DNA of 64,000 nucleotides from Octopus sinensis. Lineage: Eukaryota. Shown one piece after another: positions 53,080 to 64,000 of the stretch; position 1 is the stretch's first letter; each line of letters starts with the position of its first letter. Location: assembly GCF_006345805.1 (NCBI RefSeq), contig NC_042999.1, positions 137,268,001 through 137,332,000 on the forward strand, in the 5' to 3' direction. A program made the position numbers and the translations under genes. The notes beneath the pieces were generated by a model. That model did no database searches. It was not told where the DNA came from and saw only the letters and a list, made by a program, of their open reading frames with translations.

Positions 53080-55169
53080 TGTGCTTGTGCGTCTACTTTG
53101 ATATAAATGATGCATTTCCTTTTACTTTTTTCTTTTGAAACTATGATTTATGGAATCTAGTTAGGTCTACATGCATGTGTTTCAGAATAATTAATTTCAC
53201 TATATTTTTTTTCCTGTGTGTTGTTGACAATAATGAAGGTAAATGTATAAAGGTATTTGTATTTGGGAATTGATATTATTATTTTTTTATAATACATCAC
53301 ATTGAAGTTTCATTATTATTTAATATCATTGTGTTCAGTTAAGTCTCTTTGTTTTTGTTAATTTTTAAAAATTTATATCTCCTTTAATCTTGCTTTTAGA
53401 AATAACTTCACCTCTCATCCTATGTATAAGAAGTTATGGATTGTGGAATTGTGTGTGCATGTGTTTGTGTGTGTGTGTGTGTGTGTGTGCATGCATATGA
53501 GTGTAAGCACTCACACCTACATGGAAGATGGATGTTATATATACACGCATACACACACACTACCATACTTACAGAAAGTAGTGATTTGACAGTTGTTAGA
53601 GCAAAGGAGTAGTAGTTTTGGCTCTCTGTGGTCAATTTTACTTTTCATCCTTTCACACTCAGTATAATAATGTACCAACCCAAGGCAGTGTATTAGTAGA
53701 AATTGTTCATGTCAAACAAGATTCCTTGTTCTGGTTCTGTACATTCTGAGTTCAAATCCTGCTATGGCCTATCTGATTGATAGAGTTAATCCATTGCCTG
53801 ATTTAATTCCACTATCTGACACCTTAGATTCCTTTAGCAGAATTCACTCTGTTGTGAGCATTGTTCCAAGTGTCTGGTCTTAAAATAACTTCTTCACTAG
53901 CCTTAGGGGCCCAAAAAAGTAAAAGGTCACAGATGCTGTCCTTCCCTTTCTGACTTGGCAGGGAAAAAATATTTATGAAAAGAGCTATAGAACTAAATGA
54001 CTTGCGATATATAGTTTCATATTTTTACATTCTGAATTCAAATGCTCCAGTAGACAATTTTATTAATAACTCAATCAAATAGTGGTCGATTTAATCAACC
54101 ATTCACTCTCCAAAATGTGTGATTTTTTTTTCTTTTTTGCTCTTGTTTTTTTATTTCATTTCAACCATCATGCTATAAACTCAGCTTTGTGTGTTAAAAA
54201 TCATTATTTTGATTATTATTCTTTTCATTGCTCTCATCATCATAACACTGAAGTTATGTTAAAGTTTGACATTATTGCATTTAAAAAAATCTATTGGTAA
54301 AACAAGTTGGGTCTTTTTATAAAGAAATAATGAATTAATTGTATAGTTGAAGAACTGGTTAGTATTCCATCTTCACATGACTGGAAGATACCATTCAACT
54401 AACACACATGCATACACACACTAGGAAATCTATCTGCTTTAAGTTATCATAGTTCTACAACAAATTTAGTCATGATGTTAATGTGTTTCCTTTAGATAAA
54501 GTTGTTGACTTCTCTAATTTGCAATGTCTCCATATTCACTTAAGAATTAAAAGGAAATATTTTTTTACTCTGTGAGACTTAACTACATAAGTAAAGGTTT
54601 GGGTGGAAATAATGAGTTTGTTGAGAAACCCAGTCTTTCAGCAGTATAACCAAGCAAATAACTACATAACAACAATGATAATAATAAATTTGAATTATTA
54701 GCCTCAGGCTAAACAATAATAATGTGCCAAGAAAGAAATCTCCTGGGATTGTTTGACCTATTAGAAAAAGCAGTTTTAAATGTCTCCCTACTATCTTAAA
54801 AACACATTAAATAATTACAAACTTATTACCAGTTGAAATGTGCTTGAGGTATATTTGAACCTGTAAGAAGGCCATCCACTGTGTTTTGTCATAGAGAAAA
54901 TTTCTGTTTGCTGACAAATGGGTGTAAATATACCAAATCAGCTTGCAGCACAACATGACCAGACTGGGATGCATGCAATTCAGAATAGTTACCTCCTCTT
55001 CAGTCACAAAAACTGGACAAGACAGCACTGCTAGCTGACATTAGAGACTCTCTCCCTTATGATATTCCCATCATCATTCAGTTATTAGTAGCACTATTTG
55101 GCAGCTCATCGTAAATAAACTATGGGGTGAGAGCACTGAACAGTGATGTGTATAGATACACATAACTGT

Positions 55170-55400
55170 ATCTGGCAGAAACGTTTGCACGTCGGGCAAA
55201 ATGCTTAGCAGTATTTCGTCTGCCGCTACGTTCTGAGTTCGAATTCAGCTGAGATCGACTTTGCCTTTCATCCTTTTGGTGGTCAATTAAATAAGTACCA
55301 GTTATGCACTGGGGTCGATATGATCAACTTAATCCCTTTGTCTGTCCTTGTTTGTCCCCTCTGTGTGTAGACTCTTGTGGGCAGTAAAGAAATAAGATAC
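55170..55400 (+). mobile_element. tRNA-derived SINE (family C variant), well preserved
   Basis: ggcagaaacg..gcacgtcgggcaaaatgcttagc..gttctgagttcgaattc..gactttgcctttcatcc..agtaccagtt; CpGs retained. Confidence 0.8.
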
Positions 55401-56269
55401 AAACTGAAGAGATAACTACTCTGAAATGCATGCATCCCACAGTCTGGTTAGGAGGTGCTGCAAGCTGATTCAGTGCATTTACATCCATTTGTCAACAAAT
55501 AGTAGCAAGCTTGTATTCATACACATCACTGCTAAGCGCTGTCTTCCCAAACATTAAATAATATATTCCTACAAACCCCTAAGAAGACTGAATGCTCACA
55601 GATAGAATTAAATTGCTTATTTTTAAGTTGTAGTTTAAGTGGCTGGATATCTTACAGATACTTGTACAATTAAAGTAATCAAGAGGTAGACATACAGTGG
55701 AACATACAGTGTGTGGAAAAACTTTTCCTTTGAATAACAGTTACAATTCCTCATATAGACTTCCGCACTGTTCCATCTACCAGGTTTCCCTCAAAAGACA
55801 AACTGAGACTGGTAAAAGATGCTTGTCCAAGATGCCATGTCATAAGATGGGATCTTAAGATTGCAAAGTTAACTTCTTAACCATCCAGTCATTCCTGCCT
55901 CCCCTCCCCACACACACACACTTGATATACACACACACATATGTGTGTGTAGGGAGATAAACCTTTTGACTCTAGCTTTCCTCAGAAACATCAACTTTGT
56001 TACCTAATCAAGAGATCAATGACTAGTAATGCTTTAGTTACCATGAAACTTACTTTCTACCCAGGTTTTCCATTGACAACAATTCCTATTAAAAGTTAAA
56101 CTGTATCAACTTTCAATGAGTGATCTCCTATTCAAATGTTGTTTGAAGTTACTATACATGTTGCTCCACTTCCCTCAACTAACAAATTAATAAACTGATT
56201 AGATGACGTATAATTTGTCTATAAAGTAATTTGATAAATGTTAAACCATTTATGAAACTAAATCAATAT

Positions 56270-56545
56270 GTTACCCTTGCCGATCAGATTGGATTATTAC
56301 CCCTGCTGATCATATTGGATTGTTACCCCTGCTGATCAGAGGTTACTGGTTTGTTATCCCTGCTGGTCAATGATTGGTTTATTATCTCAACTGATCAATG
56401 ATTGGTTTATTATCTCAACTAGTCAAAAATTGGTTTGTTCTCCCTGCTGGTCAAAAGCTATTGGTTTATTGACCCAACTAATTGAAAGTTGGTTTGTTGT
56501 CTCAGCTGATTGATGGTTGGTTTGTTATTCCAGACACAGCATTCA
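56270..56545. repeat. About 26-bp degenerate tandem repeat (~10 copies)
   Basis: Unit approximately attggtttattatccctgctgatcaatg. Confidence 0.75.
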
Positions 56546-58785
56546 TCAGCCCAGTCCACATAGCTGTAAATAGATATCTTCATAAGTATCATTTATTGAT
56601 GCAATTAAAGAGTATTTTGTTAGCTTGCCATATCAAATTTAAATACTTCCTTGGGCCAGGAGCAACAATAACTACTTTTCATATTTTATTCTATCCAGAA
56701 AATATTCTGAAATTGGAAAAAATCTTTAATATTTTCATAAATATTCCACCATCTTTTCCCATTGCCAAGTCATATCTCAAGCTTCAAGATGTCTTCCAAA
56801 ACATTGTTAATTGTCTTATAGTTTGGTAATATTTTGAATTGAAGTATTTTGTTAGACTTCAAAGCTGAATGGGAAACAGATGGTAGTGGTAGTAGTAATG
56901 GTAGTAGTAAACATTAAAACATAATAATGAATACTGTATAAATCTTTAATGACTGATACAAAGAGACTTGATGTAAAATGCACACACACAGAAAGCAATG
57001 ATATAATCAAGACGATATTAATTATAGCAGCTGTCTTTACCAAGATTTATTTCTCAATGTATGTGTTTATGTGTCTGCATTATGTATGTGTATACTAATG
57101 GCTGTCTTAAGGATTACAGCACTAGATAATGACTATAGTTGTCGTGTGTGTTTGTTAGCAAGCTGCATCAAAAATGAAGCAATTCTTGGCAGCTCAAGTT
57201 TCACATTTATGTCGTAGCCTGCATTAATTTAGTATTACAGATTGGACAACTCTGTGTGTGTATGTATTATGTTGATTTTAGTCAAAGTTCATTATCTGAT
57301 CAGCATTCTAATCATGCCCATGCTCTTAAGATTAAAAATACTTTAAAATATGTTGTCTCCATTTTAACTGTGGTTGTTTTGTTGGGGGGTTTTTTGTGGG
57401 TGATTTGGATGTTTTACTCTGGCTATTCTGTTTTGTTTATCCTTTATTGTTTACTGCTACACAATTTGTCAAAACCAGATTGCATCTTACAAATGTTCTC
57501 AAAATATTCTGCCAAACACATTGATTTTTTTTTTAATTCCTTCTGTTTCAATTGTCCAAAATAGATTTTCTCTATACTTATTCTTATAGTTTTCCCAAGA
57601 TGGTAGTTTTGTTATTCTATTTTCAATGAAATATATATATATTCACACACACATTCATATTGTCTATTATTAAAGTATTCACTAAACATAGAACTTCATA
57701 TTGAATTAAAATGTTTCTTTAAATGTAGCTTGAACTTTCAACTAGTAAGAGCATTTCTCAAATATATTGTTGTCATATTGAAATATATTGTTCTCATTTG
57801 TTTTAAATCTATCTCGCCTTTTGGCTGTTATTTAGAAATTGTTCATACATTATTTTCTATTTGCTATATATTTCATATCACTACAATACATTAGACAACT
57901 CCCTCTCTTACATATGTATGGAAAAGTATGATAAACACAAGATGTAGTTTATATCATTTCTACCCTGTGCACATTTCACCATTGTGGTTATTTGCATCAT
58001 CTGCAGTAAGTTTCAAAGTGCAATTAGATGCTGAATCATAAATAGCAGTTGTGCACCTAACTGTAGACACAGGAAATACTCTGTGTGTGTGTGTCTGTCA
58101 AATTATAACACTTGCTCCTTATTACATGCATAAAATAACCTATCAAAATGTTGCAGTTATACTATAGAAAAGCCATTCCAGCCATTTATCACACACACAC
58201 AAACTGTTGAATTCACTTTTTAACATATTTCATAAGGAGTCAAATATGTGTCCCACAACTGCAACCTGGTCATTGACATAGTTCAACCAAAACTCACCTC
58301 ATTAAATAAATTAAAAGTGAATTTAACATTTTATAATGTGGTAAAAAATATGGTGACAATACCACTTTATTTACTAGAACTCTAAATGGTATTTCTTTTT
58401 ACAAAATATAGACCAATGAATATTTAAAGTTATCTTCATTTCTTATTTTCTTTATTTTCAACTTGGAAACCAAACACACACATTTTTGGGAGCCAACCCT
58501 GGCTTTACCCATCAGAAAAATTACAGTGGGATTGCTCACCCTAAGCAATCTTTGGTGCTTTTTACTACTTGATATAGTTAGCCAAAACCTGGACTATTCC
58601 TGAGAGCACTTATAGTACCCACCTGGATAATTTATCCCTGTACACTCATTGTATATGTAAAGTGTGTGTGCTCTAAACTTAAACTTATTCTGTTTTATGT
58701 CAATGTATTATTTCACGTCTACTAATAACTTCATGGATCTTGAATATTCTGAGGTTACTATCTTGTCTTTTTCTTGTTGCTTCAG

Positions 58786-58793
58786 GACTTACT
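58786..58793 (+). CDS. Candidate 8-nt microexon E13 (GACTTACT): completes ...LYS-T-Y after E11
   Basis: Strong tract tatcttgtctttttcttgttgcttcag| with UGC at about -8; donor CT|gtaagt. 85+8=93 nt restores phase 1 after E11. Confidence 0.6.
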
Positions 58794-59308
58794 GTAAGTT
58801 AATACTTAACTTCTCCTAGCATGTAGATACACTCTTTGGCTAATTGCAACTTTCCATGATCTATACATGCTGTCAATCCTTTATAACATCTGCACAACTT
58901 TTCCCTTTCCGCTAGGTTCCATTTCTTCCTGCTTCCACAAACCATTTCTGAAATGCTTAAAATCTTCAAAAATGATCCTGTTTCACTTCAAATCTTCTTT
59001 AACAGGTTTCTCTTTAGTTTTAGATATATACTTACATGTTTCCTATTCTACACGCTTCACTGAAGATCTCTCATCTATCTGATTTCATAGAGCCTTTGTG
59101 GGTCACTCCTTACTCCAAATCAAAGTAATATGTATATATTCAATGGGTGAGAAGACACTAGTATAAACAAATAATAGATGAATACTGCATATTAGTCCAA
59201 ATTCTTAAAAAGCCAACCTCCTAATCAAGGTAGAATATTCTGCAGAGCAAGATTGGCTATAAAAAATGTATGATTTGAGCATACAATAAAAATACATGAG
59301 ACAAACAG

Positions 59309-59365
<57 letters not shown>

Positions 59366-59619
59366 CCAGATAAGTGATGTCGTGTGTGTGTTAAATAAGG
59401 TAACAAGGCCAAGGCAATGTGATATTTCTAAGACATTTATAAAGAGAAAGGTGGTCTTACAGCTGTTTCAGGGAAATAAATGATATTCAATCATCAGAGA
59501 TGAGTTAAGAGAGTTGCAGTAGTTAGTAGAGTTCATTATATACAAAGTTATTTTGGAAAGGGAGAGATACAGAATGTATAAAGGGAAATAGGAAAATAAA
59601 AATACATGTATATATTTAT

Positions 59620-59790
59620 ATGTAAACATGCCTATGTGGATAAGAAGTTCACTTCCCAACCATGTGGTCTCAGGTTCATTCCCACTACTTGGTACCCTGG
59701 GCAAGTGTCTTCTCTAGCCTTGTGTCAACCAAAGCTTTGTGAGTGGATTTGATAGATAGAAACTAAAGTTCATTGTGTGTGTGTGTGTGT
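59620..59790 (+). mobile_element. tRNA-headed SINE (family D)
   Basis: aacatgcctatgtggataagaagttcacttcccaaccatgtgg..caggttcattccc..cctgggcaagtgtcttct..gtgagtggatttg. Confidence 0.75.
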
Positions 59791-60046
59791 GTGTTTGAAA
59801 GTGCTCGTACATCCTTATATATGCACACAACATATAATCATTGAATAATCATTGAAGCTAGAAATAAACCTCATCCAATCTTGTCTTGATGTCATTTCTT
59901 ACACCTCCATTTATTTAAAGTTCACAAGATGTTTAGGTTCTTGTTGAATATTCACCTTTGTATAGCCTCTTTTTTTTTTGTTCCTTCTCCATACATATTA
60001 GGAAACTGATTACAGTTTCTTTTTTTAACATTTCTCTCATTTTCAG

Positions 60047-60054
60047 TAGAATAA
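60047..60054 (+). CDS. Candidate terminal exon E14 (phase 1): (L)E*
   Basis: Long tract ttttttaacatttctctcattttcag|TAGAATAA (NAGNAG); after E13 it gives STYLE*. Confidence 0.25.
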
Positions 60055-61645
60055 GTCAGTTGGTGAAGAGAGTTGTTACTGAGCTGGTTTTAGGTGTTGC
60101 CCAAACTGTCAGTTGTAAAAAGAGTTATACATATATAATGCTAGCAGTGTTAAAATGGTTGAAATATCCTATGTTTTTCATAATATGTATATATTAATGT
60201 TAGGGTTATTTGATGACAAATAACATTTACTGGTTAAAAGAGTCAATACTAAATGTAGAGTCAAATTTATTATGAGAAAATAGTTAACTCTGACTTGTAT
60301 CACCTATCTCAAAGCTTATTCAGTTTGTTTTTAACAAACCTTGAGACAGGCAAAGCTTGAAGTCAGTCAACCTATTTTTATGTATGTTTGTATCTTTAAG
60401 TTGCTTTCTTTGCCAAGAGATCTAATCTATGATCATGTGTTAGGAATAAGACAACTGTAGTGTGGTAGATTTATTATAGTCATTAAACGTATGTGTTCAT
60501 GGTTGTATTCACTTTATTTTATCATTTTGCAATAATATATATTATTAGCTATCAAAGTCGTTTCCTGTACATCTATGATCAGGTCACTTTATTTCACTGA
60601 TATTTTGCTTCACTGTATCTTGATTTATATTCCACTTCACTGTGATACAATAAAATAGAATATCAATAATATTAAGTATTTTGATAAGAAACAGTGTATT
60701 ATTATTGTTGATGGTATTATTACTATTAGAAATATTAAAATAAAACAAATGTTGCTGTGAGTGTGTGTGCTTTAATATCTGCAATACTGTTCCACAATAC
60801 AGATTATGTATATGCTCTCTCTTACATGCATGATAGAATATAATTAAGACAAAATTTATATTCTGTTTATTGTTGCTTTTAATTAATCTGAGATTAATTT
60901 CCTTTTAATTTCTTACAAACTACCTATTCTAAAGTGGTATAAATTAAAATCCTCTGTCTATATTTAATGTCAGTTTATGTTTTAGATATTAGCTTCAATA
61001 AATACAAAATCATTTTACTGAATTTTTCATTATTTTAAAAGTTAATTGAAACAGTGACAAATATTTTAACAAAACAATATTTTAACAAAAATATGGTAAC
61101 AAGATTTAAACCTTCCATGCTAAAATATTTTGTCCCTGGAAAATAAATTAATTTGAACACTATAGATTTTCATCTTATTTTCTTAACTATTGGAAGAATG
61201 GTCTGTACACACCTTTTGATTTTGTTTTTTCTTCTTTGCTTTCATGGAAAAGAAAGTTTTTGACAAATGATTGTTGATCCAAGAAACTAATTATAGTTTT
61301 CTGAAACAAGCCATTAATAGTAATGCTACATAAATATCACCATTGTACTGATTATTTATAACACCCACTTTCTTTTCATGTTCAAAATAATGGAAACACA
61401 TGTGTGTTTATAAAGAATTTAGCGAGCTGAAGAAATCAGTTTTGTCTTCCGGTCTGTAACGTAAACCCATTACAATGTTCAATTGAGAATTAGTGATTTA
61501 TTATTCAAATCCTCTTTTTCACTCAGCTTACCACTGTTGTCTGTATTGTTTGATGTATGTTCGTGTTGTTTTCTCTGATGTCTCCATTATGTTATCCTCA
61601 GCTGCTACATTTAGTTCTGTATTGACAATTTGTGTCTTGCAGCAG

Positions 61646-61662
61646 TGGGGGGAGGGGGTTGA
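61646..61662 (+). CDS. Candidate terminal exon E15 (phase 1): (L)GGGG*
   Basis: ttgacaatttgtgtcttgcagcag|TG (NAGNAG); TGA 61660-62. Confidence 0.2.
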
Positions 61663-61891
61663 CTTGTACAACTTTTGGTTTCTGTTATTTTATAAAATAC
61701 AACATATATAGAGAGAAGAAAGACACACACACATTTATGTGCGTATGTCTATACGATTATATATGTAATATACATAGTGTTCAGATTTTACCAGGCTTTA
61801 TGTCATCTGCACTTTGCTTTGCCATTTTGCTTATATGTCTTTGATTTGTTCTTGTTTCTGCCTGCTTCGATGTTCACCGTTCTTCTCACAG

Positions 61892-61940
61892 TGGAGCAAT
61901 TGTTGAGTCTTTGGATTAAACCAAGCAACTTCTATTTGGC
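61892..61940 (+). CDS. Candidate 49-nt exon E16 (phase 1 to 2): (L)EQLLSLWIKPSNFYLA
   Basis: Strong tract ttgtttctgcctgcttcgatgttcaccgttcttctcacag|; donor GGC|gtacgt; open in the E11/E13 frame. Confidence 0.45.
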
Positions 61941-62318
61941 GTACGTATATGAAAAGATAAAATATATATATACATATGTATGTATATGAAACACTTTTTC
62001 TTTTATTTATTGTTTTGTCATAGCTAGAACAGTTTTTTTCTGTTTAAACTTGATGTAATTTTGCTGATTATACTGCTTGTTCTCTGCTCCACCATTCAAA
62101 AGAGAAAAAAAACTGGAGTATTTTTTGTGTTGTCTTTGATGTTTGGAATGAATCACTTTGTATTTCAAATGTCTTTATTTTTTTTTTTTGTTTATTGTAT
62201 TTATTCTTCTCATAAAAAGAGCACAGTGGTGTTGAAACCAAGATCCTGGCAAATCATTCCTGTGATCTGTGTTCTATCCCTGGTGGTAGCTAATTCACTT
62301 TCTTCTCTAATACACCAG

Positions 62319-62335
62319 TAGATGGGGAGGCGTGA
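62319..62335 (+). CDS. Candidate terminal exon E17 (phase 1): (L)DGEA*
   Basis: Branch-like gctaat plus tcactttcttctctaatacaccag|tag NAGNAG acceptor; TGA 62333-35. Confidence 0.35.
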
Positions 62336-63639
62336 CCATTACATATCCATTCTGTCATCTTTTTAAATTGATTTAATTGACCATTCATTAATGGCTATTT
62401 CTGATAATAGAAGGTGAAGTAATTTATTTTTTATTTCTCTATTATCTCCAGTGCAGTATTATTCAGCCTCTTCGAAGGTACATGGGACATAGCTTATATG
62501 GCCCACAATAGCTGAGAAGTCAGTTCATTAGCTATGTGTTGCACTCTACTCATGATCAAAACCTTTAAACTTTGAAGGGATTATAATCTACTTAGCTGTA
62601 AATAGTTAAAATGTTATGGTACAAATATTGCTATAATTGAATGCTGGATTCAAAACCCGTCATTGATATAGTTTGGTAATTGCCTAGGTTCTACCAAAAT
62701 AACCTGCCATAGATTATAATGTAACGTCAAAATTTTTAGTTATGTCCCTCTTATAGTGTAGTCAATAGGTTTCCCTGCTGTCAATGATAATCAATATTGT
62801 CTTCTTTAAAAATTGCATTGACAAATGTCAACTGCTGAGCATTCCACCCACTTCAGTGTAGATCTGTCGGTATTCCAGCCATAACTTTTTACCTAAAAAG
62901 ATGATCTTGAGATGCAAAGAGAAAAGACAATTCATAACTGTTGTCTTCTGCAGCCCTGCTATATGCACTACTACAAATCAATGTGAAAATTTGTATATGG
63001 TTACTCAAACCAGCTAAAAACAGCTGTCAAATTTTCTTTATAAAATATTCTTGTTTTAAAAACAGAAGGAAACATTAAATAATAGTTCAGTTCTATTTAC
63101 ACTGGCTTTGAAAGTACAGGTTGATCATGAATGGAATGCTTTTGATCATAGGTTTGTGCAGTTGGCTAACTGTAGTTAAACAAAATGCCCACTATTCTCA
63201 AACATTTGGAGATCTTAAAAACCACAAAGACTATCAATTATTGCTAAAGTTTCTCAGGAGAAGACCAGTGTTCATTAGCTTTACAGGCCCTCTTAGACTG
63301 GTGATATTGATGCTGTTGATACCCAACCAGAATAATTTGCAAGTTATTGTTGTCAAGATAAACCTGAACAAGGAGAAAACCAGAGATTTGCAACACAGTA
63401 CAACATAGCACAAGCATCGGTTGGTAGTTTTATACTAGGTGGTGCATTAGGCTTGTCTCTATCATCTGATGTAGGTCATATTAAAAGCAAAACTACATGC
63501 TTTAAATAACTACATGATTAACAGAAAGATTACATTAAACCTTGTTGCCAACCGCTTTCAGTGAAATGCAAGGATCTATTGTTGACCAATTCTATTTTGC
63601 CTTATGCTACTCTGGATACCACCAAAGTTAATAACAGTT

Positions 63640-63825
63640 AATGTACCAGTGCCACATTAAAAGCAGTGTACATTCTGTAAAATGGTTGATATTAGGAAGA
63701 GCATCTATCCATAGAAGCCATGCCAAAACAGACAAAATTAAACCTGAATCACTCTCCAGCTGGCCAATGCCTGTCAAACCATCTAACCCATGCCAGCATG
63801 GAGAATGGACATTAAATGATGATAA
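63640..63825 (+). mobile_element. RTE 3'-end / tail-derived repeat
   Basis: ccagtgccacattaaaagc..ggttgatattaggaagagcatc..aaaccatctaacccatgccagcatggagaatggacattaaatgatgat. Confidence 0.75.
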
Positions 63826-64000
63826 AAAAACTACTGAAACATATCCTCAAACACTTACAAAAATGAAAATTATATGGTGGTGTAGATAGGTTAAATACTA
63901 TTTTCATGTTGGGTTGAAACGAAAGTAACATTTCAAGACAAAATGAAAAACCAAAACAAATTGTATATGGTTTCTGTATATATATAATATATATACTACT

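Noticed and set aside
3820-56545. CRISPR-like arrays (tandem repeats at 3820, 13000, 24590, 56270)
   Set aside because: Eukaryotic context, degenerate contiguous units without unique spacers, and no cas genes.
9161-59790. tRNA genes at A/B-box-like sequences
   Set aside because: These are SINE heads continuing into SINE bodies and tails; no complete cloverleaf is evident.
16570-62335. Assigning the gene to the p120/delta-catenin family (QPV..DSW, YST, VDF, terminal KI resemblances) or beta-catenin (SY.S..S.G.G)
   Set aside because: Only a few scattered residues match in low-complexity tails and no diagnostic domain lies in the window, so the gene symbol is left empty.
1-64000. Most ORF-track ORFs (60-164 aa) as host genes
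   Set aside because: They derive from TEs, microsatellites or minisatellites, or are hydrophobic low-information translations of AT-rich intron without splice or motif support.

Overview
Very AT-rich, repeat-dense animal DNA. The SINE/LINE repertoire (RTE 3' ends ending in (ATG)n, tRNA-headed SINEs, mariner, hAT and Penelope remnants) resembles what I recall of Octopus genomes; this is an inference, not a database match. There is no long intact host ORF, and almost all ORF-track entries are TE-derived, repeat-derived or noise. Secure features are transposable elements: an RTE LINE lacking its RT core (1866-4348), a full-length decayed mariner with TIRs and TA duplication (6260-7517), an internally deleted mariner nested in a SINE (20615-21504), a hAT MITE with an 8-bp TSD inside a Penelope remnant, and a head-to-tail SINE tetramer. 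The most interesting signal is a set of short plus-strand exon candidates across the window: microexons of 7, 8, 12 and 15 nt, composite internal/terminal exons, and many alternative last exons. Nearly all are entered in phase 1 and splice into one consistent, Tyr/Ser-rich C-terminal reading frame. This suggests the 3' end of a large, unidentified gene with a combinatorial C-terminus. Several of its 5' splice sites have a nearby complementary 'anti-donor' sequence. The exon model comes from splice signals and frame consistency read by eye and needs RNA-seq confirmation.
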